The notes under the pieces are model-generated. The model made no database searches. It was not told the origin of the DNA and was given only the letters and a program-made list of their open reading frames with translations. A stretch of DNA of 39,548 bases from an archaeon (GTDB lineage Archaea > EX4484-52 > B79-G9): positions 1 through 39,548 of the forward strand of contig JBDRKP010000023.1 of NCBI GenBank assembly GCA_043813875.1, written 5' to 3'. Below, piece after piece: positions 20,944 through 28,476 of the stretch. Made by a program: the position numbers and the translations under genes. How positions within the stretch are numbered: the first letter of the stretch is position 1; every line of letters begins with the position of its first letter.

Positions 20944-21316
20944 CGAAAAGATACTTCAGATAGGAAGCAAACTAAACATTTCAGCACAGGACATCAAAGA
21001 TATTCAAAATCACAATACTAAAAACAGTATATTATCTCCGATTACCGGCGGTATTATCGCAATATTATCCACAATACTGGGTTTTTTTATTGGAATGACC
21101 ACCGCAGGTTGTACAAACTGCAATGGCTACCCATTTGCATCAGCAGGTCTTGCATCAACTGCCCAAAAAACAGGCAGCAAAAAATATCTCACTCCTGCTG
21201 TAATAATAACAGCTTTAGTGTCAATAATGGGATTTGCAGTCGCTTATAGTGTAGCGCAAAATATGTTTGGTTATGGCATAATGTATGATGTTTACAAAAA
21301 GGAGGTCATAAGATGA
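20939..21316 (+). CDS. Small membrane protein, paralog 2; probable ATT start (alternative ATG 20903)
   Basis: (I)NEKILQIGSKLNISAQDIKDI; TM IAILSTILGFFIG; loop GCTNCNGYPFAS; MFGYGIMYDVYKK; SD GGAGGT at 20926-20931. Confidence 0.8.
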   Translation: MNEKILQIGSKLNISAQDIKDIQNHNTKNSILSPITGGIIAILSTILGFFIGMTTAGCTNCNGYPFASAGLASTAQKTGSKKYLTPAVIITALVSIMGFAVAYSVAQNMFGYGIMYDVYKKEVIR

Positions 21317-21666
21317 TGAATCAGAAACTACAGGAAATAGGAAACAAACTGGCTGTATCAGAGCATGACATAAAAACTATCCAAAAAACACATACATTAT
21401 CAAATATCAAATATTATATTACGGCAGTCATAATCGCAACACTCGCATTCATTCTCGGCTTTTTCGCAGGACAAGGCACATGTCCGGCATCGCCCGCGGG
21501 TTATCCTTTCGCAGGTGGTCTCACTGCTCTGGGCGCATCAGGCAGCCAAAAGCGCACCACAAAGCTCGCAGGACTTCTACTGGCAGCAATCGGCTTTTTC
21601 ATTGCACTCAAAACCACACCAATTTTCGGTCAGGCGATAGACTACAACGTCTACTCAAAAAAATAA
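21313..21666 (+). CDS. Small membrane protein, paralog 3
   Basis: MNQKLQEIGNKLAVSEHDIKTI; TM IATLAFILGFFAG; loop GTCPASPAGYPFAGG; PIFGQAIDYNVYSKK; SD GGAGGT and ATGA overlap with paralog 2. Confidence 0.85.
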   Translation: MMNQKLQEIGNKLAVSEHDIKTIQKTHTLSNIKYYITAVIIATLAFILGFFAGQGTCPASPAGYPFAGGLTALGASGSQKRTTKLAGLLLAAIGFFIALKTTPIFGQAIDYNVYSKK

Positions 21667-21678
21667 AAACAGATACTT

Positions 21679-22701
21679 ATGAGCTATAAACTCGAATGTG
21701 CCGTCTGGGAATTCACCCTTAAATGCAATCTCCGCTGCTCTCACTGCGGCTCAAGCGCAGGCACAGCAAGGCCAGACGAACTAACCACCAAGGAATGTAT
21801 CAAGCTCTGCGAAGACCTTGCCGAACTCGGATGCAGTGACGTATCCCTTATGGGCGGCGAACCCTTTCTAAGAGATGACTGGACACAGATAGCCCAATGC
21901 ATAACGGATTTAGGCATGAATTTAAACTTTGTCTCAAACGGTCTCCTGATTGACAAATATATAGACGACATCGCAAAACACAACCCAAAAGTGATCGGCA
22001 TAAGCTTAGATGGCACAGAAAAGACACATGATCGCATAAGAGGTAAAATAGGCGCATACAAAAAAGCAATTGACTCGATAGACATGCTCATCGACCGTGG
22101 CATTCAGACAACCGCAATCACAACAGTAAGCAAGATGAACTTTGATGAATTGCACGCTATCAAAGACGTCGTCTACAAAAAAGGATGCAACTGGCAGATT
22201 CAGGTCGCAATGCCATTCGGCAATTTTGATAAAAAATATCTGATAACCAAAGAAGAATACTATGCTGTAGCATTATTCATAGCATCGCAAAGAATAAAAA
22301 CAAGCTTTGACGACCTGCCCGTAATAGGAGCGCACTGCTTCGGATATCACTCAAAGATACTTCCTGGCTGTCATGGCTGGAAAGGATGTACCGCAGGTAT
22401 GAAAAGCATAGGCATAACAAGTGACGGCGGAATACTCGGATGCCTCTCAATGGGCAACAATTGCTTTATAGAAGGAAACATAAAAGACACACCGCTAAAA
22501 CAGATATGGCAGGATCCAGACGCATTCGGATACAACCGGAAATTCAAAAAAACAGACTTTGGTTCCAACTGCAAAGACTGCAAGCATGGCACCATCTGCA
22601 AAGGGGGGTGCAATTCCGTATCACAGACAATTACAAAACAGTTCCACAACAACCCATACTGTTTCTACGCAATAGAAAAAGACATAATAAAAATCAGGTA
22701 A
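21679..22701 (+). CDS. Radical SAM protein with SPASM domain (peptide/protein maturase-like)
   Basis: CNLRCSHC (CX3CX2C), MGGEP, ISLDG; SPASM GCTAG...GC...CKDCKHGTICKGGC (CX2CX5CX3C)...PYC. Confidence 0.93.
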   Translation: MSYKLECAVWEFTLKCNLRCSHCGSSAGTARPDELTTKECIKLCEDLAELGCSDVSLMGGEPFLRDDWTQIAQCITDLGMNLNFVSNGLLIDKYIDDIAKHNPKVIGISLDGTEKTHDRIRGKIGAYKKAIDSIDMLIDRGIQTTAITTVSKMNFDELHAIKDVVYKKGCNWQIQVAMPFGNFDKKYLITKEEYYAVALFIASQRIKTSFDDLPVIGAHCFGYHSKILPGCHGWKGCTAGMKSIGITSDGGILGCLSMGNNCFIEGNIKDTPLKQIWQDPDAFGYNRKFKKTDFGSNCKDCKHGTICKGGCNSVSQTITKQFHNNPYCFYAIEKDIIKIR

Positions 22702-22742
22702 TGACTATAAGACTTCAAATACCGACCTGACAATAATTCAAT

Positions 22743-22934
22743 CTAGAACTTCTTATTCCTGACGATATGCACGATAGAGCCTGCGACCTTGTTTCTCACA
22801 TGCGCGCTCTCGATGACATCAAGCTTCTTGATTGCATCCTTATTCTTATTGAAATCTTTTGAGAACTCTTCAGGGAACTCTTTGACCAGTTTCGCTGCAG
22901 CCCCTTTAATATATCTCTGTTTGATAGCTCCTAT
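22743..22934 (-). CDS. rps17e: 30S ribosomal protein S17e; probable ATA start
   Basis: GAIKQRYIK, FSKDFNKNK, VRNKVAG; the listed GTG (22943) lies inside SD AGGTGAT. Confidence 0.93.
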   Translation of the reverse strand: MGAIKQRYIKGAAAKLVKEFPEEFSKDFNKNKDAIKKLDVIESAHVRNKVAGSIVHIVRNKKF

Positions 22935-23109
22935 GACAATCACCTTTGTTTAACTATCTAAGTAAGCACAATTACCTTTAAAAAGTTAATGCAAGCAATA
23001 TAAGAAATCATGAAAATGTCGGTCATATAGTATCATTTTCAAGCTTTTTTATTGCAGAGAGAAGCTTATATGCAATAAAAGATCAGTCAGTTCTTTGGAG
23101 TTGAAAAAG

Positions 23110-23847
23110 ATGGTATGCATAAAAGAGATATTCACAGGCAACATCCAGCACACAGAAACAGTCACAGAACACTTCTACACGCCGCATCTGTCAGGCCAGT
23201 CCCCTGCACTATGCGTCATCTACTGCTCAGACTCACGGGAAAACATACACATCATCTCGAACCTTGAACCGAAGATGGGCGAGATATTCACGATAGAGAA
23301 CGCAGGAAACATTATTGACGGCTCGACCTCCGCCATCGGTTCAATAACATACTGCCTTGCACACCTGAAGACAAAAGAGCTCCTCATCATCGGTCATACG
23401 TCCTGCGGCGCAATAAAGGCAGTATTCCAGCCATACGAAAAAGACCACAAAGAGATAGCGGATCATATAAGATGCTTAGAGAACGTAAAAAAGATTACAC
23501 TCCACACAATCTCAAAAATGGAAGGAAAGAATATCACAGTACAGGATATAATCGCAAGCGACAGATACCTCGCGAACGCATCAGAGATAAACGTCGACTA
23601 TCAATGCGAATTCATGAAGGCTCTCCTCAAAAAGCAAGGTATAGAGGGCATAAAAATCTACGGGGCAATCCACGACCTGAACGGCATATATGGAAAGAAA
23701 AACGGAGCGCTCATCATGACAAACGAATCCGTGCCCGCACAGGTACCATCATCCCGAAAATCAAAACTTGCAGATTACGGCAAAGAGAGGTCAATCAAAG
23801 ACTTAATAGAAGAGCTCAACATCGCTTTCTTTAGTACTCACATATAA
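23110..23847 (+). CDS. Beta-class carbonic anhydrase
   Basis: CSDSR, ENAGN, GHTSCGA zinc-ligand motifs. Confidence 0.88.
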   Translation: MVCIKEIFTGNIQHTETVTEHFYTPHLSGQSPALCVIYCSDSRENIHIISNLEPKMGEIFTIENAGNIIDGSTSAIGSITYCLAHLKTKELLIIGHTSCGAIKAVFQPYEKDHKEIADHIRCLENVKKITLHTISKMEGKNITVQDIIASDRYLANASEINVDYQCEFMKALLKKQGIEGIKIYGAIHDLNGIYGKKNGALIMTNESVPAQVPSSRKSKLADYGKERSIKDLIEELNIAFFSTHI

Positions 23848-23912
23848 AAACACCTTCGTTTCCCCGGCACCGACCATAATCTATATTAGGGCGAACAATC
23901 AAATATTTGTTA

Positions 23913-24059
23913 ATGGAAGAGGTACTTATAGGTCTGATAAACATCTCGTTATTGTTCTACTTAATCTCAGTAAGCCACCTGATGCCCAAAAAAACAAAAA
24001 TCGAGCAGACAGCGCCAAATATAAACATCATAGAGTTGAGGGAAGCCATTCTCAGATGA
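23913..24059 (+). CDS. Small single-TM protein (48 aa; not in ORF track)
   Basis: MEEVLIGLINISLLFYLISVSHLMPKKTKIEQTAPNINIIELREAILR*; TATA-like TATATTA about 30 nt upstream. Confidence 0.45.
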   Translation: MEEVLIGLINISLLFYLISVSHLMPKKTKIEQTAPNINIIELREAILR

Positions 24060-24127
24060 TATGTACCCCCACAAAATAAGGCCATGATACAACAATAAAT
24101 ATAAAACTACTTCAAGATAAAGACTAT

Positions 24128-25654
24128 ATGATTTACATCACCACATCCCCCCTCGGTCTCTTTGCGACAGATGAAAAAGGAAACGAAGTCGCATGCATGC
24201 TCTTTTCAAAAGACCCTAAGATCGCAAAAAAGCAATACTCAGATTCACTGAAAAAAGAACTCTTCAAAGAAGAAAATGAACTGATAGGCAAACTCAAAAC
24301 CAGTGATTTGATTTTCGAGATAAAAAAAGACGCATATAAACACATATTCCCTAATCCCGCAGGCATTTATGTGCGAAGCAATCTTCTGCGCCTCGCACAA
24401 AAAAATAGCTTCAAGCCAGCCGAATTCAATCGGTTCTTGTATGACATCAACTTCGAGATCACAGCAGACGCCATGCGCAACCAGCGCACAGACGACAAGC
24501 TCATAATCCAGGCCGTGACCGCCATAGACGACCTTGACAAGGCCATAAACGTCATGTGCATGCGCCTGCGCGAATGGTACGGCCTCTACTTCCCCGAAGC
24601 CAGCGAGAGGATAAGCGACAACGAAAAGTTCGCAAAATACATCTCCGAGACACTCTACAGGACAGACATAAACAACATCAGCATCGAAGATACCGTCGGC
24701 TCGGAAATGAAATCCGATGACTTGAAGGAGCAGAAGATGTTCGCGCAATCAATCGAAAACCTCTTTGCTGAGCGCAAGGAACTCGAGAAGTACATCAACA
24801 GGAAGTGCTTGGAAGTCATCCCCAACATGACCGCGATAATCGGTGCAGAGCAGGCATCACGCATCTTGGCGCACGCAGGCAGCACAGAAAAGCTCGCCAA
24901 ATTCCCCTCATCGACGATACAGATACTCGGCGCAGAAAAAGCCCTCTTCCGCTACCTTCACAACGTCGGCACAAGCCCCAAGCACGGCATAATCTTCAAC
25001 ACCGGCTACATCCAGCGCACCCCGAAAGATTACAGGGGAAAGATTGCCCGTATCCTTGCAAGCAAACTGTCGCTCGCATCAAAACTCGATTTCTACAAAG
25101 GCGTATTCAGAGGCGACAGTCTGAGAGCTGACATGGACAAAGCCCTGGAAGAGGTACTCAAAGCAAAGCCCAAAAAAGACAGGTCACAGAGAATCCAGGC
25201 TCAAGGGCGATTTCAGGAAAAAAAGCAGTCAGGACAAGATACAGGCTTAAAGAAAGATAGCCGTCCTCCGTTCCAGCAGCCATCTAAAAATAAAGACCGC
25301 AACTCAAAAGTTTATGCAAGAGCTCAATATTCAACACCAGGAAGACAATCTCAACCCTCCCAAGGCCGCTACAAAGAACCTCAGCCGGGATTCCCGACAA
25401 GACAATCGCCTGCAAGATCTCAATATTCAACCCCTGTAAGACAATCTCAACCATCCCAGGACCGATACAAAGAGAATCATGCTGGTTTCCCTGCGAGACA
25501 ATCACCCGCAAGAGCTCAATATCCAACACCCGGAAGACAATCTCAACCCTCCCAAGGCCGCTACAAAGAACCTCAGCCGGGTTCCCAGGACAGACCAAAG
25601 CGCAATGAAGATCCATTCAGGAGATTCAAGAAAAAGAAGCACAAGAGAAGATAA
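24128..25654 (+). CDS. nop5: C/D box RNP subunit Nop5 (aNop56) with long repeat-containing C-terminal tail
   Basis: RLREWYGLYFPE, PSSTIQILGAEKALF, SPKHGIIF, RGKIARILASK. Confidence 0.95.
   Translation: MIYITTSPLGLFATDEKGNEVACMLFSKDPKIAKKQYSDSLKKELFKEENELIGKLKTSDLIFEIKKDAYKHIFPNPAGIYVRSNLLRLAQKNSFKPAEFNRFLYDINFEITADAMRNQRTDDKLIIQAVTAIDDLDKAINVMCMRLREWYGLYFPEASERISDNEKFAKYISETLYRTDINNISIEDTVGSEMKSDDLKEQKMFAQSIENLFAERKELEKYINRKCLEVIPNMTAIIGAEQASRILAHAGSTEKLAKFPSSTIQILGAEKALFRYLHNVGTSPKHGIIFNTGYIQRTPKDYRGKIARILASKLSLASKLDFYKGVFRGDSLRADMDKALEEVLKAKPKKDRSQRIQAQGRFQEKKQSGQDTGLKKDSRPPFQQPSKNKDRNSKVYARAQYSTPGRQSQPSQGRYKEPQPGFPTRQSPARSQYSTPVRQSQPSQDRYKENHAGFPARQSPARAQYPTPGRQSQPSQGRYKEPQPGSQDRPKRNEDPFRRFKKKKHKRR
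25316..25582 (+). repeat. 96-bp (32-aa) coding tandem repeat, about 2.8 copies, in nop5
   Basis: Units start at 25316, 25412 and 25508: ARAQYSTPGRQSQPSQGRYKEPQPGFPTRQSP and variants. Confidence 0.95.
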
Positions 25655-25759
25655 TATCAATTTCTCCTTATTATTTCTATCGGCATGATATACGGATTAT
25701 CTATATATAACTAAAACCCTCAAAAGAAATTGAAATTAAAATTCGTTGAGGCGTATAAA

Positions 25760-26688
25760 ATGGATTCAAAGGATGCATTGGTTGTTTTTCAGGGTAATAA
25801 GATAAGAAGGATATGGCACGAATCAGAGTGGTATTTTTCTGTAGTTGATATTGTTGCTGTCTTGACTGATAGCGCAAATCCAAATAATTACTGGAAAGTT
25901 CTAAAGCATAGAGAATCTCAGTTGGTTACAATTTGTAACCAACTCAAATTACCGTCAGCAGATGGTAAATATTATGGTACTGATTGTGTAAATACTAGAA
26001 ATGCTTTTCGCCTTATCCAGTCAATCCCCTCAAAAAAAGCAGAGCCCTTCAAGCAGTGGCTGGCAAAAGTAGGCTATGAAAGGGTACAGGAAATAGAGAA
26101 CCCCGAACTTGCGCAAGCAAGGATGAAACAGATATATGAACAAAAAGGATACTCAAAAGGCTGGATCGAAAAAAGGCTAAGAGGAATCGCAGTACGGCAG
26201 GAACTGACAGAAGAGTGGAAAACAAGAGGCGTAAACAGCAGTATAGAATTTGCGATACTGACAAACGAGATATCAAAGGCGACCTTCGGAAAGACAGTTG
26301 AAGAGTACAAACAACACAAGAGCCTGAAAAAAGAAAACCTGCGCGACCATTTTCAAGGTTTAATCAGCTGCGATGCATAACGAACCTTGAAAAGCTTGAA
26401 ACTCACAAAAGTGTAAAGAAGTTTCATGACATGACCGATCTTGAACTCATATTCTCAATGTTGGGGGAAGCATCGACAACAAAAATAGCACGAAACAAAG
26501 ATGCTCGCGGTTTTGAAGAGAACAGATACGCAGCCAACGAAGGCGGAACAGTAGCAGGAATCGCAAGAAAAGAACTGGAAAAAAGAATCGGCGAGGAGAT
26601 TGTTACAGATGAAAATTACCTGGAAGAACCAGAGAAAGTAAAACGGCTTGGAAAACAATCAGACACAAGCGATATTGATAAAAAATAA
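25760..26688 (+). pseudogene. BRO-N-domain (phage antirepressor-like) gene interrupted by an 80-nt insertion
   Basis: IRRIWH..EWYFSVVDIV, RLIQSIPSKKAEPFKQWLA...ENLRDH continues naturally as MTDLELIFSMLGEAST in another frame at 26431. Confidence 0.8.
26351..26430. mobile_element. Small double-hairpin insertion (REP/MITE-like or intron-like)
   Basis: Stem 1 TTTTCAAGGTT (26350-60) / AACCTTGAAAA (26383-93); stem 2 TGAAACT (26397-403) / AGTTTCA (26420-26). Confidence 0.6.
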
Positions 26689-26748
26689 CCACAAATCCCA
26701 CGCAAACCTATAAAAAACAATCTCTCCATCATCTTAAATAAGATCATC

Positions 26749-27399
26749 ATGTCAGACAATAACATACACCGGATTGGCCGCGAATATGCGACATTAAGCA
26801 TAGCGCCCAAAAAGAAAGTCTACGACGAAAAGATAATCCGTCGCGGAAAAGACGAATTCCGTATCTGGGACCCGACGAAATCAAAACTGGGCGCAGCCCT
26901 TGAAAAAGGCCTCAAAAACACCCCATTCTTCAAAGGGATGAAGATACTCTACCTTGGCGCAGCCAACGGCACGACGCCATCCCACATATCAGACATCGTA
27001 ACCGAGACCGGCCTCCTATACTCCGTAGAATTCTCGCCCCGCTCGATGCGCGACCTCATCTCCGTCTCACGCTCACGCAAAAACATAATACCTATCCTTG
27101 CCGACGCAAGGATGCCAGACACCTACGCAAACAGGCTGGAGCAAGTAGACCTCATATACTGCGACGTGGCCCAGCCCGACCAGACAGAGATACTATTAAG
27201 GAACGCTGAAATATTCCTGAAGAAAGGCGGCTACATAATGATCGCCATAAAAGCGCGCAGCATAAACGTCGTAAGAAACCCCAAAGAGATATACGCAGAA
27301 GAAAGGGAAAAACTAAAAAAAGGCTTCGACATCCTCGAGGAAATCAACCTCCACCCACTCGAAAAAGACCATGCATTCTTCGTCGCAAAACAGAGATGA
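26749..27399 (+). CDS. flpA: Fibrillarin-like rRNA/tRNA 2'-O-methyltransferase
   Basis: RIWDPTKSKLGAA, LYLGAANGTTPSHISD, VEFSPR, DVAQPDQ, IKARSI. Confidence 0.97.
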   Translation: MSDNNIHRIGREYATLSIAPKKKVYDEKIIRRGKDEFRIWDPTKSKLGAALEKGLKNTPFFKGMKILYLGAANGTTPSHISDIVTETGLLYSVEFSPRSMRDLISVSRSRKNIIPILADARMPDTYANRLEQVDLIYCDVAQPDQTEILLRNAEIFLKKGGYIMIAIKARSINVVRNPKEIYAEEREKLKKGFDILEEINLHPLEKDHAFFVAKQR

Positions 27400-27406
27400 G
27401 TTCAAG

Positions 27407-27763
27407 TCAGAACGATTGGCACTCAATCGTATCGATTCTGAAAAACTCTTTCGTGACCTCAACCGCCTTATTCTCATCAAAGCTTTTGCACGTATAGATG
27501 ATCAGCGACAGGAACCGTGCATTGGACCACACATACAAAGATATGCCCGAATCAATAAGCGGGGCAAACGCATCATAGCCTTGATTCACATCCTTGCCCT
27601 CTCCACCAGGCGAAAATATGATCGGCTTCCCGTACATCCTAAGATTCAGGGACTCCGTGATTCTTCTGAAATAGCTCTCAATGAATGGCTTATCAACATC
27701 AGCCTTATAGAACCCCTCAATCAGCAGTCTCTGCCTTTTGATATCCGGCGCCAGATTTTTCAT
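27407..27763 (-). CDS. Divergent S-adenosylmethionine decarboxylase-like (pyruvoyl) proenzyme
   Basis: LIDSGISLYVW...IIYTCKSFD aligns with the class 1 AdoMetDC pattern LAESHISIHTW...DIFTC. Confidence 0.65.
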   Translation of the reverse strand: MKNLAPDIKRQRLLIEGFYKADVDKPFIESYFRRITESLNLRMYGKPIIFSPGGEGKDVNQGYDAFAPLIDSGISLYVWSNARFLSLIIYTCKSFDENKAVEVTKEFFRIDTIECQSF

Positions 27764-27768
27764 GATAT

Positions 27769-28437
27769 TCACCCGATGGCATTCCCTTTTTTCTTGATTT
27801 TAATTAGACAGCCATTATCCAGATCGCCATAGGAACTGACATAAACTCCATATAAAAAATCAGCCACATTATGCTTCTGTTTGCCTCCATGTTCATTCCA
27901 TGAAGGGTCATTGACATAGACATATCTCTCATCAATCCCTGTGATGACATTAAAATTAAAATCAAAATTTGGATTGGGACCAACCAGAAAATTAGATGTC
28001 ATTAACGCCATAAGAGGTCGTTTTTCCTTTATTTCCACGAGGATGTCCTCTTTATCTGGAATCTTGACTTTGATGGATCCGCCCATTTTCAAGAAATCAA
28101 TAAAATAAAACAAAGCTTTTTTATTTCGTTCTGAATTTAAACAATCAGACATACTGTTTAAATGCGCCATTATTTCATCCGGTTTTTTTCCTCTATCCAT
28201 ATTTGTAAAAAGAGCAGGATGCAGAAAGACAATTTCAACATCAAATCCTTTTTTTATTAGATAAGAACCGAGTTGGGGCGCATATGTTCCTACAGAATCC
28301 GCCTCAATTTCATCTTTTAACTTATCAAAAGAAATAGTGATTCCATAATATTCAAGAACCATGTTTAAGCAAGCAATTCCGCAGTATACAGAATCTTTTG
28401 GTTTCCTGATCAACGCAACATCAAGCATCATAATCAT
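27769..28437 (-). CDS. Peptidase C39-like (papain-fold) protein
   Basis: YCGIACLNMVLEYYG; NFNVITGID..YVYVNDP (the expected His is not evident). Confidence 0.7.
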   Translation of the reverse strand: MIMMLDVALIRKPKDSVYCGIACLNMVLEYYGITISFDKLKDEIEADSVGTYAPQLGSYLIKKGFDVEIVFLHPALFTNMDRGKKPDEIMAHLNSMSDCLNSERNKKALFYFIDFLKMGGSIKVKIPDKEDILVEIKEKRPLMALMTSNFLVGPNPNFDFNFNVITGIDERYVYVNDPSWNEHGGKQKHNVADFLYGVYVSSYGDLDNGCLIKIKKKGNAIG

Positions 28438-28476
28438 AGAATGGACAATCAGGTATAATAATATTGCTCAAGACCC

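Noticed and set aside
20560..21666. The three paralogs as pilins
   Set aside because: No class III cleavage motif before the first hydrophobic helix, and more than one TM segment.
27769..28437. C39-like protein as leader peptidase of the rSAM cluster
   Set aside because: About 5 kb away, opposite strand, separated by housekeeping genes, and the catalytic His is not evident; no support beyond the GG motif in two paralogs.
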